A DNA stretch of 64,000 nucleotides from Macrostomum lignano (lineage: Eukaryota): assembly GCA_002269645.1 (NCBI GenBank), contig NIVC01000231.1, forward strand, positions 44,076-108,075, in the 5' to 3' direction. The notes under the pieces were generated by a model. The model searched no databases. It was not told the DNA's origin and saw only the letters and a list, made by a program, of their open reading frames with translations. Shown piece by piece: positions 1 through 12,800 of this stretch. Each line of letters opens with the position of its first letter. Position 1 is the stretch's first letter. Position numbers and translations under genes: made by a program.

Positions 1-139
1 ATTACTGATAGAGTTTGACTGAGCATTTTAACTATCAATTAGTTTACTTCTAGGTTTAATAATAATTATTTAATTGAATGACATAACAAATACAAATAGC
101 AATATATATTGGTAGGCCTAGGTATTATGCAGTCATGTT

Positions 140-532
140 TAGAGGTCGGACGGGATCCCGATCTCGAAATCTCGGGATCCCGAGGAAAATTGAATTCCCG
201 CGGGACCAGACTCCCAACCCTAAAAAACTCAAGATTCGGGAACAGGTCTTTTGATTAAAAATTTATAGAATTAGTGATTACTTGAAGGTATTTTGCTTTA
301 ACTTGTACTCGTTACATTATTTACTTTGTTGGTTACAAAACTTCATATCAATTTTGTTGTGTTTTACTTCTTGATCTTTACAATCTTTTCTCAATTTTGT
401 TTAACTTTACATGGACAATACACTAAAAGACCTGATCCCAATTCCCGAATCCCGATCCCAATCCCAATCCCAAGAAAAAAATTATTCCCAATCCCAATCC
501 CGCCCGAAGATTTCAATCCCGTCCAACCTCTA
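140..532. mobile_element. Non-autonomous hAT-type MITE (393 bp)
   Basis: 17-bp TIRs tagaggtcggacgggat (140-156) and atcccgtccaacctcta (516-532), 1 mismatch. Perfect 8-bp TSD gtcatgtt at 132-139 and 533-540. TAG...CTA termini and an 8-bp TSD are typical of hAT. Subterminal atccc repeats. Confidence 0.88.
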
Positions 533-692
533 GTCATGTTAGTTACTTTCCAAATCCTAAACTTGGTTTCTCTGATGCATCTGCTTCTATTATGTGCTGA
601 CTCATACTTGGGCGCAACCTAGGGATTCACCCAGCCATTTCTATTGGCAATATACACATAAGTTGCTATTAGATAGAATAGTAGGCCTAGTT

Positions 693-1802
693 GGTAATCT
701 TCTAGTTTCGCACGTTTAATTCAAACTGTTTTTTATTTCAAACAGTTAACGACAATTTTGTTTTATGTTTTATGCCTCAGACAGCATAATAGTACGCCAC
801 CCAGAAAAGGATGTTCCCAAAGGTGTTGCATAGGTAGCAGCGACACCAAAGAAATTCGTCCAAGTGGGTGTCGAACAGGGCCTTGGACGTGCCATTCATG
901 GCCCTGAAACAGGCCTTAGTGTGGGCCCATGTGCCCTTCACTGTGTCCATGTGGACTTCTGGGTGGTTAGGGTCCACAAAGTGCAGCCGGTGGTTTACTG
1001 TCAAATGATTGGGCAATTGGTTGTATGCCTGCCACTGGTCGGTGATAATGCGAGTACCGGGCAGCACATACCGTTGCACAAGGGGCAGGATGCTGATAGC
1101 GCTGCGATCTAGGATGGCCACCATTCATGCAGCAGCCAGAGCCACACTCCACCATTCCAGGAACCCACTGACCTGGTCAATACTGGCCCTGATGGTATTT
1201 GCAATAGAAAAAGTAGCTCTCATCAATCTTGACATCAATGCCAGGCCCTCCAAGCTACAGTGCGTGGTCTTGCAGGAACTAGCCGCAGACATCCCAGATA
1301 AAATTCTGCCAATCCACGATCGTCTAGAGAGCGAAATTTCCACATTGCTGCCGGGCATCCTCCTGCTTGGCCTGCACTGCCCACCAATAGATAAGATCCA
1401 TCAGCTGTGTCAGAGGCAGATGGCTAGCCTCAAAGAATGATCCTTTTTGGATTGAGGCCTGCATCCAGCATTGTGGGCAAGCCCAGCAGCAGCAGTCAAT
1501 GAAGCGGTCGCCATCCCATCTCTGCAGCCGCATGGATTGCTGCCCAGGACAATTGGCACAGCGACGTTCATTGGCCAGCAGGTGGTACGTGGCCAGCCAG
1601 CAGATCATCACATCATTCATAGCCATAATTGCACTGAACTCACGCATCGAGGGGTTCAGGTTGCACAGATCAGCAGCAGGTCATAGGTCTAGGACCAGAA
1701 TGATAGTCGTTGGTGTTGCAGGGTGCCTAGCCATGATTGCTTTGCTGAAAAAAATTAGAAATTGCTTTAAAATAATTAAACGTGCGAAACTAGAAGATTG
1801 CC
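693..1802 (-). mobile_element. Merlin-superfamily (IS1595/ISXO2-like) DNA transposon, decayed
   Basis: 29-bp TIRs at 693-721 and 1774-1802 (1 mismatch) enclosing transposase fragments. No clean TSD: tagtag at 679-684 and 1803-1808, with 8 extra bp on the left. Confidence 0.85.
777..1734 (-). pseudogene. Merlin DDE transposase pseudogene
   Basis: Fragments in several frames: zinc-ribbon N-terminus (CANC...CPQC, SIQKGSFFEASHLPL), GPGIDVKIDESYF (first catalytic D), IITDQWQAYNQL (second D), HLTVNHRLHFVDP, EFLW. Interrupted by stops and frameshifts. Confidence 0.85.
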
Positions 1803-2686
1803 TAGTAGTCACGTGACTGCTCTTAGCCAATAGCCACTTATGTGTATATTGTTAATAGAAATTGCTAAGTGATTCCCATGTTGCGCATATATGTGCTAAC
1901 TTGTCTCCCCTTTGCCACTGCCACTGCTTAAGTCTTTGTTGCTATTCTTGCTGCTCAGGTCTATTGAATTTAGAAGGCTATTTGAATCTTTTGGCAAAAA
2001 TGCAATCAAAATTGGTGAAGAACATACAAACCGTAGAGATTTACAAACCTTAGACATACAAAGGTATGGAGGACATACAAACCTTAGAGATTTAGTATAT
2101 TTAGACTAGCTAAAGTTTTGCCCCCCTTCGGGGAGCAGAAATAATTAATATTCGTCTAATATAATATACCTTTTAGCAGGAGTACTTTAAGTGTTTTTCT
2201 TAAGCTTAAGCTTAAAATAGGAATTTTTGGAGATCGTTAATAACGCATTTTAGGTAAAACAAAACTATCAACTTTTTACAGTTTTTAGTTTAGAGCCCTG
2301 TATATGTCAACGTGTTTGATAAAAATTATTTTTATCATTTTTGATAAAAAATGGCCTTCGGGGTGGCCAATAAGCAAGGGACGAATCCTTTTAAATGAAA
2401 AAAATTCTTAGGGAGGGGGGCTAGGAATCGAATTCTCATTTTAATTCCAGGCTTATGTACCAATAAAACATGTTTGTGCAGAATTTTATAACAGACATTG
2501 AAATTCAACCATACTTGCCTTCTTTCAGAGCTACTTCTACCAGTATGCTTCAGTACGCTACCAGTACCCTTGTAAGCCTTGACATGTCAGCAATCCCCCC
2601 CCACAAGCCTTAACATATCAACTCCCCCCTTGACATCTCAGCAATGCTCCCACAAGCCTTGAAATCTTAAAAAATCTGTCTATTTT

Positions 2687-2720
2687 CTAACCCTAACCCT
2701 AACCCTAACCCTAACCCTAA
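2687..2720 (+). repeat. Interstitial telomere-type repeat (CCCTAA)5 in Helitron copy 1
   Basis: Five perfect CCCTAA units at 2691-2720; degenerate units at ~3105-3155. Confidence 0.9.
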
Positions 2721-3689
2721 AGCATTGAAATTTCAGTAATTCTCTCTAAGAGTCTATAGCACTACTAAAGCATTATAGCGATTCCCTGCAAGCCTCGACA
2801 TCGTAGGGATTCCCAAATGAATCTCTTAACTTTGACATGAAGCTTCTTTTTTTTTTTACATTACGCTTTTTCTATCAGCGATCCCTCCCGTGAGGAGCCA
2901 ACAAATAATGTAATAACTTTTTTCCAATAAACTACATGTAGCTTCTGACATTAGCCTTGACATCTCATTTATTCCCCCGTGAGCCTTGACATCTCAGCTA
3001 TAGATAGATAGATAGATTCCCCTCGTAAGCCTTGACATGTCAGCGATGCCCCCCATAAACCTTGAAATCTAAAAAATCCCCTGTTAACCTTGAAACGCGC
3101 TAAAATCTAACCCTCAACCCAAACCTGACGTAAACCTAACTTTCACCCAACCTAAAGCCTTGAAATCACAGCAATTCTTCTTCCCTAAGCCTTGGCATTT
3201 AAGTGATTCCTTCTTTAAGAATCACAGCACTATAACGATTCCCTCCAAGCTTTGACATCGTAGCAATTCCCAAATGAATCTTTTAACTTTGACATGACTT
3301 TTATTTTATGTATACATAGTGCTCCTTTTATTTTTACATGACTCTTCTTCTATCAGCGCCCCCCCCCACCGTGGCAAGCCAACAAAGAATGCAATAAAAA
3401 ACTTAAGTAAAGTACATGTACTTTGAAGTAGCTTCTGACTTTTGCTTTAACATCTCAGAAACCCCCCTGTAATCTCAGTTATTCTCTGTGAGCCTTGACG
3501 TCTCAGTAATTCTCCCCAGCACAGCACTGTACTATAGCTTCATTTAATTTTTATATGACATTTCTTTCATGTCTGACATGACGCTTCTTTTGATTTTTAC
3601 GTTACGCTTCTTTTATTCTTCCATGATGCTTCTTAATTTTTTAAATGACACACTTTCATTAGTTTTTATATGAGGCTTCTATAATTTTT

Positions 3690-4474
3690 TCATGACGCTT
3701 CTATGCTTGTTTACATGACGCTTGTATGATTTTTACATGACGCTTCTATGATTGTTTACATGACGCTTGTATGATTGTTTACATGACGCTTCTATGATTT
3801 TTTACATGACGCTTTTATGATTTTTACATGACGCTTCTATGATTTTTTACATGACGCTTCTATGATTTTTACATGACGCTTCTATGATTTTTACATGACG
3901 CTTCTATGATTTTTACATGACGCTTCTATGATTTTTACATGACGCTTCTATGATTGTTTACATGACGCTTCTATGATTGTATACATGACGCTTCTATGAT
4001 TGTTTACATGACGCTTCTATGATTGTATACATGACGCTTCTATGATTGTTTACATGACGCTTTTATGATTGTTTACATGACGCTTCTATGATTTTTACAT
4101 GACGCTTCTATGATTGTTTACATGACGCTTCTATGATTGTTTACATGACGCTTCTATGATTTTAACATGACGCTTCTATGATTTTTTTACATGACGCTTC
4201 TATGATTGTTTACATGACGCTTGTATGATTGTTTACATGACGCTTGTATGATTTTAACATGACGCTTCTATGATTGTTTACATTACGCTTCTATGATTGC
4301 TTGCATGACGCTTCTATGATTTTTTATGACGCTTTTATGATTTTAACATGACGCTTCTATGATTTTTTTACATGACGCTTCTATGATTTTTACATGACGC
4401 TTCTATGATTGTTTACATGACGCTTCTATGATTGTTTACATGACGCTTGTATGATTGTTTACATGACGCTTCCA
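3690..4474 (+). repeat. 22-bp minisatellite (acatgacgcttctatgattttt)n
   Basis: Period 22 (3849, 3871, 3893). Confidence 0.95.
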
Positions 4475-4877
4475 TAATTTTTTTTGTCTTGGCGTTAAAA
4501 GGCTTTAATTAAAAAAACTCTACTCTCTAAAAATTCGAACCATCGTCCCTGCATTTAGCAGTTTAGTCTGTTTACCTCTAGGCTAGCTCTCATGAATTTT
4601 AGTCATTACCCCTAAATAGAAAATATTCCCAAGACAGCAAGCATCCCCCCAGTAGCAAGCATCCCCTAATACTCCTAGCAAGCATCCACCCAGATAGCAA
4701 GCATCTGCAGATAGCAAGCATCTTGCAGATAGCAAGCATCTTGCAGATAGCAAGCATACCCCAAATAATGTAGAAGCATCCTTCCAGATAGCAAGCATCC
4801 TGCACATAGCAAGAATCCCTAAATAGCAAGCATCCCTGGATAGAAATAATCCTATACATGTAGCCAAGCTTATCAAG

Positions 4878-6277
4878 CGCAGTAATCCTTGGCTATCGAG
4901 TGCAGTAATCCTTGGTTTATTAATAGCAATAATCCATGGCTTATCGAGTGCAGTAATCCTTGGTTTATTAATAGCAATAATCCTTGGCTTATCGAGTGCA
5001 GTAATTCATGGTTTATTAATAGCAATAATCCTTGGCTTATCGAGTGCAGTAATCCTTGGTTTATTAATAGCAATAATCCATGCCTTATCGAGTGCAGTAA
5101 TCCTTGGTTTATTAATAGCAATAATCCTTGGCTTATCGAGTGCAGTAATCCTTGGTTTGCCAAGTGCATAATCCTTGGTTTATTAATAGCAATAATCCTT
5201 GGTTTATCGAGTGCAGTAATCCTTGGTTTATTAATAGCAATAATCCTTGGCTTATCGAGTGCAGTAATCCTTGGTTTATTAATAGCAATAATCCATGGCT
5301 TATCGAGTGCAGTAATCCTTGGTTTGCCAAGAGCAATAGTCCTTGGCTTATCGAGTGCAGTAATCCTTGGTTTGCCAAGAGCAATAGTCCTTGGTTTATT
5401 GAGTGCAGTAATCCTTGGTTTATTAATAGCAATAGTCCTTGGTTTATTGAGTGCAGTAATCCTTGGTTTATTAATAGCAATAATCCTTGGCTTATCGAGT
5501 GCAGTAATCCTTGGTTTGCCAAGTGCATAATCCTTGGTTTATCGAGTGCAGTAATCCTTGGTTTATTAATAGCAATAATCCTTGGCTTATCGAGTGCAGT
5601 AATCCTTGGTTTATTAATAGCAATAATCCATGGCTTATCGAGTGCAGTAATCCTTGGTTTGCCAAGTGCATAATCCTTGGTTTATTAATAGCAATAATCC
5701 TTGGCTTATCGAGTGCAGTAATCCTTGGTTTATTAATAGCAATAATCCTTGGTTTATCGAGTGCATTAATCCTTGGTTTATTAATAGCAATAATCCTTGG
5801 CTTATCGAGTGCAGTAATCCTTGGTTTATTAATAGCAATAATCCTTGGCTTATCGAGTGCAGTAATCCTTGGTTTATTAATAGCAATAATCCTTGGCTTA
5901 TCGATTGCAGTAATCCTTGGTTTATTAATAGCAATAGTCCTTGGTTTATTGAGTGCAGTAATGCTTGGTTTATTATTAATAGCAATAATCCTTGGCTTAT
6001 CGATTGCAGTAATCCTTGGTTTGCCAAGTGCATAATCCTTGGTTTATTAATAGCAATAATCCTTGGTTTATCGAGTGCAGTAATCCTTAGTTTATTAATA
6101 GCAATAATCCTTGGCTTATCGAGTGCAGTAATCCTTGGTTTATTAATAGCAATAATCCATGGCTTATCGAGTGCAGTAATCCTTGGTTTGCCAAGAGCAA
6201 TAATCCTTGGCTTATCGAGTGCAGTATTCCTTGGTTTGCCAAGAGCAATAATCCTTAGCTTATCGAGTGCAGTAATC
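4878..6277 (+). repeat. 24-bp satellite (atccttggtttattaatagcaata / atccttggcttatcgagtgcagta, plus a 23-bp variant)
   Basis: Alternating 24-bp monomers; translates with 8-aa periodicity. Preceded by a ~14-bp agatagcaagcatc array at ~4633-4840. Confidence 0.95.
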
Positions 6278-6348
6278 TAAGTGTTTTTATTTAGTCCTTT
6301 AATAAAAGCTTTTAATAAAAAATTTTACACTACTACTTTTAAACTACT

Positions 6349-6412
6349 TAGATTCGAACCCAGGTCGCTGCATTAGCAGTCTGGTCTGCTCAGCTCTAGG
6401 CTAGCTCTCATC
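6349..6412 (-). other. tRNA-like (SINE-head) sequence within the Helitron; second copy at 14311-14373, degenerate copies at ~4531-4597 and ~9508-9574
   Basis: - strand reads agctagcctagagctgag...gactgctaatgca...gggttcgaatc: A-box-like, a Ser(GCT)-like anticodon loop, and a B box. No full acceptor stem. Confidence 0.45.
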
Positions 6413-7530
6413 GAAGTTATCAGTGAATTTGTACCACTTATATAATTCAACACTCACACCAAGTCAGGTAGAGTAAAAAGTCACGCGAAGCAGTTATGAC
6501 ATAATCAATTTCTTAGGCAAGTCAGTACCAGTGTCTATGAAAGTTAACAATATGGTTACGTAATATAAATTCAGTACTGCACTATAATTTCACCCTCAAA
6601 GATGTGACGCAATTCAATTGAGTGTCAAATTCAGCCAGTACACAGACGATAAATAAAGTGTATTGTGATGCAATCTATTTCAGAATCAGAATTCAATCAG
6701 TCAGATTTTTCTCTAGCATTCTTACAATGCATTTCAGGTCGAAAGAGCTGCTTGACCTTTGCAAAAAATCATGTTTTTCGAATATTTAATCCCTTTAACA
6801 TTGAGCAATTTCTTAGCCAATATGCATGTACCGTCCCGGGAAAATTTCTGATCGAATGGTGCAAGTTTGAAGAAAATCGGTTGAGCCGTTCGGGAGAAAA
6901 TCAATTACAAGCAAGCAACCAAGCATTTCATTTTTAGTATATTAGAAGACTAGCTAAAGTTTTGCCCCCCTTCGGGGAGCAGAAATAATTAATATTCGTC
7001 TAATATAATATACCTTTTAGCAGGAGTACTTTAAGTGTTTTTCTTAAGCTTAAGCTTAAAATAGGAATTTTTGGAGATCGTTAATAACGCATTTTAGGTA
7101 AAACAAAACTATCAACTTTTTACAGTTTTTAGTTTAGAGCCCTGTATATGTCAACGTGTTTGATAAAAATTATTTTTATCATTTTTGATAAAAAATGGCC
7201 TTCGGGGTGGCCAATAAGCAAGGGACGAATCCTTTTAAATGAAAAAAAAATTCTTAGGGAGGGGGCTAGGAATCGAATTCTCATTTTAATTCCAGGCTTA
7301 TGTACCAATAAAACATGTTTGTGCAGAATTTTATAACAGACATTGAAATTCAACCATACTTGCCTTCTTTCAGAGCTACTTCTACCAGTATGCTTCAGTA
7401 CGCTACCAGTACCCTTGTAAGCCTTGACATGTCAGCAATCCCCCCCACAAGCCTTAACATATCAACTCCCCCCTTGACATCTCAGCAATGCTCCCACAAG
7501 CCTTGAAATCTTAAAAAATCTGTCTATTTT

Positions 7531-7564
7531 CTAACCCTAACCCTAACCCTAACCCTAACCCTTA
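7531..7564 (+). repeat. Interstitial telomere-type repeat (CCCTAA)4 in Helitron copy 2
   Basis: Four perfect units at 7535-7558 plus ccctta. Confidence 0.9.
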
Positions 7565-8533
7565 GGCATTGAAATTTCAGTAATTCTCTCTAAGAGTCTA
7601 TAGCACTACTACAGCATTATAGCGATTCCCTGCAAGCCTCGACATCGTAGGGATTCCCAAATGAATCTCTTAACTTTGACATGAAGCTTCTTTTTTTTTT
7701 ACATTACGCTTTTTCTATCAGCGATCCCTCCCGTGAGGAGCCAACAAATAATGTAATAACTTTTTTCCAATAAACTATACATGTAGCTTCTGACATTAGC
7801 CTTGACATCTCATTTATTCCCCCGTGAGCCTTGACATCTCAGCTATAGATAGATAGATAGATTCCCCTCGTAAGCCTTGACATGTCAGCGATGCCCCCCA
7901 TAAACCTTGAAATCTAAAAAATCCCCTGTTAACCTTGAAACGCGCTAAAATCTAACCCTCAACCCAAACCTGACGTAAACCTAACTTTCACCCAACCTAA
8001 AGCCTTGAAATCACAGCAATTCTTCTTCCCTAAGCCTTGGCATTTAAGTGATTCCTTCTTTAAGAATCACAGCACTATAACGATTCCCTCCAAGCTTTGA
8101 CATCGTAGCAATTCCCAAATGAATCTTTTAACTTTGACATGACTTTTATTTTATGTATACATAGTGCTCCTTTTATTTTTACATGACTCTTCTTCTATCA
8201 GCGCCCCCCCACCGTGGCAAGCCAACAAAGAATGCAATAAAAAACTTAAGTAAAGTACATGTACTTTGAAGTAGCTTCTGACTTTTGCTTTAACATCTCA
8301 GAAACCCCCCTGTAATCTCAGTTATTCTCTGTGAGCCTTGACGTCTCAGTAATTCTCCCCAGCACAGCACTGTACTATAGCTTCATTTAATTTTTATATG
8401 ACATTTCTTTCATGTCTGACATGACGCTTCTTTTGATTTTTACGTTACGCTTCTTTTATTCTTCCATGATGCTTCTTAATTTTTTAAATGACACACTTTC
8501 ATTAGTTTTTATATGAGGCTTCTATAATTTTTT

Positions 8534-9451
8534 CATGACGCTTCTATGCTTGTTTACATGACGCTTGTATGATTTTTACATGACGCTTCTATGATTGTTT
8601 ACATGACGCTTGTATGATTGTTTACATGACGCTTCTATGATTTTTTACATGACGCTTTTATGATTTTTACATGACGCTTCTATGATTTTTTACATGACGC
8701 TTCTATGATTTTTACATGACGCTTCTATGATTTTTACATGACGCTTCTATGATTTTTACATGACGCTTCTATGATTTTTACATGACGCTTCTATGATTTT
8801 TTACATGACGCTTCTATGATTGTTTACATGACGCTTCTATGATTGTATACATGACGCTTCTATGATTGTTTACATGACGCTTTTATGATTGTTTACATGA
8901 CGCTTCTATGATTTTTACATGACGCTTCTATGATTTTTACGTGACGCTTCTATGATTGTTTACATGACGCTTCTATGATTGTTTACATGACGCTTCTATG
9001 ATTTTAACATGACGCTTCTATGATTTTTTACATGACGCTTCTATGATTGTTTACATGACGCTTGTATGATTGTTTATATGACGCTTGTATGATTTTAACA
9101 TGACGCTTCTATGATTGTTTACATTACGCTTCTATGATTGCTTGCATGACGCTTCTATGATTTTTTATGACGCTTTTATGATTTTAACATGACGCTTCTA
9201 TGATTTTTTTACATGACGCTTCTATGATTGTTTACATGACGCTTGTATGATTGTTTACATGGAGCTTGTATGATTGTTTACATGACGCTTTTATGATTTT
9301 AACATGACGCTTCTATGATTGTTTACATTACGCTTCTATGATTTTTACATGACGCTTCTATGATTTTTACATGACGCTTCTATGATTGTTTACATGACGC
9401 TTCTATGATTGTTTACATGACGCTTGTATGATTGTTTACATGACGCTTCCA
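8534..9451 (+). repeat. 22-bp minisatellite, copy in Helitron 2
   Basis: Same unit as 3690-4474, with a longer array. Confidence 0.95.
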
Positions 9452-9854
9452 TAATTTTTTTTGTCTTGGCGTTAAAAGGCTTTAATTAAAAAAACTCTAC
9501 TCTCTAAAAATTCGAACCATCGTCCCTGCATTTAGCAGTTTAGTCTGTTTACCTCTAGGCTAGCTCTCATGAATTTTAGTCATTACCCCTAAATAGAAAA
9601 TATTCCCAAGACAGCAAGCATCCCCCCAGTAGCAAGCATCCCCTAATACTCCTAGCAAGCATCCACCCAGATAGCAAGCATCTGCAGATAGCAAGCATCT
9701 TGCAGATAGCAAGCATCTTGCAGATAGCAAGCATACCCCAAATAATGTAGAAGCATCCTTCCAGATAGCAAGCATCCTGCACATAGCAAGAATCCCTAAA
9801 TAGCAAGCATCCCTGGATAGAAATAATCCTATACATGTAGCCAAGCTTATCAAG

Positions 9855-12800
9855 CGCAGTAATCCTTGGCTATCGAGTGCAGTAATCCTTGGTTTATTAA
9901 TAGCAATAATCCATGGCTTATCGAGTGCAGTAATCCTTGGTTTATTAATAGCAATAATCCTTGGCTTATCGAGTGCAGTAATTCATGGTTTATTAATAGC
10001 AATAATCCTTGGCTTATCGAGTGCAGTAATCCTTGGTTTATTAATAGCAATAATCCATGCCTTATCGAGTGCAGTAATCCTTGGTTTATTAATAGCAATA
10101 ATCCTTGGCTTATCGAGTGCAGTAATCCTTGGTTTATTAATAGCAATAATCCATGGCTTATCGAGTGCAGTAATCCTTGGTTTGCCAAGAGCAATAGTCC
10201 TTGGCTTATCGAGTGCAGTAATCCTTGGTTTGCCAAGAGCAATAGTCCTTGGTTTATTGAGTGCAGTAATCCTTGGTTTATTAATAGCAATAGTCCTTGG
10301 TTTATTGAGTGCAGTAATCCTTGGTTTATTAATAGCAATAATCCTTGGCTTATCGAGTGCAGTAATCCTTGGTTTGCCAAGTGCATAATCCTTGGTTTAT
10401 CGAGTGCAGTAATCCTTGGTTTATTAATAGCAATAATCCTTGGCTTATCGAGTGCAGTAATCCTTGGTTTATTAATAGCAATAATCCATGGCTTATCGAG
10501 TGCAGTAATCCTTGGTTTGCCAAGAGCAATAGTCCTTGGCTTATCGAGTGCAGTAATCCTTGGTTTGCCAAGAGCAATAGTCCTTGGTTTATTGAGTGCA
10601 GAAATCCTTGGTTTATTAATAGCAATAGTCCTTGGTTTATTGAGTGCAGTAATCCTTGGTTTATTAATAGCAATGATCCTTGGCTTATCGAGTGCAGTAA
10701 TCCTTGGTTTGCCAAGTGCATAATCCTTGGTTTATTAATAGCAATAATCCTTGGCTTATCGAGTGCAGTAATCCTTGGTTTATTAATAGCAATAATCCTT
10801 GGTTTATCGAGTGCATTAATCCTTGGTTTATTAATAGCAATAATCCTTGGCTTATCGAGTGCAGTAATCCTTGGTTTATTAATAGCAATAATCCTTGGCT
10901 TATCGAGTGCAGTAATCCTTGGTTTGCCAAGAGCAATAGTCCTTGGTTTTTTGAGTGCAGTAATCCTTGGTTTATTAATAGCAATAGTCCTTGGTTTATT
11001 GAGTGCAGTAATGCTTGGTTTATTAATAGCAATAATCCTTGGCTTATCGATTGCAGTAATCCTTGGTTTGCCAAGTGCATAATCCTTGGTTTATTAATAG
11101 CAATAATCCTTGGTTTATCGAGTGCAGTAATCCTTGGTTTGCCAAGAGCAATAGTCCTTGGCTTATCGAGTGCAGTAATCCTTGGTTTGCCAAGAGCAAT
11201 AGTCCTTGGTTTATTGAGTGCAGTAATCCTTGGTTTATTAATAGCAATAATCCTTGGCTTATCGAGTGCAGTAATCCTTGGTTTGCCAAGTGCATAATCC
11301 TTGGTTTATTAATAGCAATAATCCATGGCTTATCGAGTGCAGTAATCCTTGGTTTGCCAAGAGCAATAGTCCTTGGCTTATCGAGTGCAGTAATCCTTGG
11401 TTTGCCAAGAGCAATAGTCCTTGGTTTATTGAGTGCAGTAATCCTTGGTTTATTAATAGCAATAGTCCTTGGTTTATTGAGTGCAGTAATCCTTGGTTTA
11501 TTAATAGCAATAGTCCTTGGTTTATTGAGTGCAGTAATCCTTGGTTTATTAATAGCAATAATCCTTGGCTTATCGAGTGCAGTAATCCTTGGTTTGCCAA
11601 GTGCATAATCCTTGGTTTATCGAGTGCAGTAATCCTTGGTTTATTAATAGCAATAATCCTTGGCTTATCGAGTGCAGTAATCCTTGGTTTATTAATAGCA
11701 ATAATCCTTGGCTTATCGAGTGCAGTAATCCTTGGTTTGCCAAGTGCATAATCCTTGGTTTATCGAGTGCAGTAATCCTTGGTTTATTAATAGCAATAAT
11801 CCTTGGCTTATCGAGTGCAGTAATCCTTGGTTTATTAATAGCAATAATCCATGGCTTATCGAGTGCAGTAATCCTTGGTTTGCCAAGAGCAATAGTCCTT
11901 GGTTTATTGAGTGCAGAAATCCTTGGTTTATTAATAGCAATAGTCCTTGGTTTATTGAGTGCAGTAATCCTTGGTTTATTAATAGCAATAATCCTTGGCT
12001 TATCGAGTGCAGTAATCCTTGGTTTGCCAAGTGCATAATCCTTGGTTTATTAATAGCAATAATCCTTGGCTTATCGAGTGCAGTAATCCTTGGTTTATTA
12101 ATAGCAATAATCCTTGGTTTATCGAGTGCATTAATCCTTGGTTTATTAATAGCAATAATCCTTGGCTTATCGAGTGCAGTAATCCTTGGTTTATTAATAG
12201 CAATAATCCTTGGCTTATCGAGTGCAGTAATCCTTGGTTTGCCAAGAGCAATAGTCCTTGGTTTTTGAGTGCAGTAATCCTTGGTTTATTAATAGCAATA
12301 GTCCTTGGTTTATTGAGTGCAGTAATGCTTGGTTTATTAATAGCAATAATCCTTGGCTTATCGATTGCAGTAATCCTTGGTTTGCCAAGTGCATAATCCT
12401 TGGTTTATTAATAGCAATAATCCTTGGTTTATCGAGTGCAGTAATCCTTGGTTTGCCAAGAGCAATAGTCCTTGGCTTATCGAGTGCAGTAATCCTTGGT
12501 TTGCCAAGAGCAATAGTCCTTGGTTTATTGAGTGCAGTAATCCTTGGTTTATTAATAGCAATAGTCCTTGGTTTATTGAGTGCAGTAATCCTTGGTTTAT
12601 TAATAGCAATAATCCTTGGCTTATCGAGTGCAGTAATCCTTGGTTTGCCAAGTGCATAATCCTTGGTTTATTAATAGCAATAATCCATGGCTTATCGAGT
12701 GCAGTAATCCTTGGTTTGCCAAGAGCAATAGTCCTTGGCTTATCGAGTGCAGTAATCCTTGGTTTGCCAAGAGCAATAGTCCTTGGTTTATTGAGTGCAG

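Larger units (their letters stand above)
612..1886. mobile_element. Palindromic ~150-bp MITE-like repeat split by the Merlin insertion (halves ~612-684 and 1803-1886)
   Basis: The joined halves align by eye with the reverse complement of the uninterrupted copy at 16177-16328. Confidence 0.7.
2106..6949 (-). mobile_element. Non-autonomous Helitron, copy 1 (4844 bp)
   Basis: On the - strand: 5' TC at 6949, 3' CTAG at 2109-2106 followed by T, and a GC-rich hairpin (tgccccccttcggggagca, ~2119-2137) about 10 nt from the 3' end. No Rep/helicase ORF. Confidence 0.82.

Noticed and set aside
693-1802. Bacterial IS1595 / contamination
   Set aside because: Embedded in eukaryotic repeats with an empty-site paralogue in the window; eukaryotic Merlin explains it.
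6349-6412. Functional tRNA-Ser gene
   Set aside because: No complete cloverleaf or acceptor stem; treated as a SINE-like remnant, as is the head at 20891.
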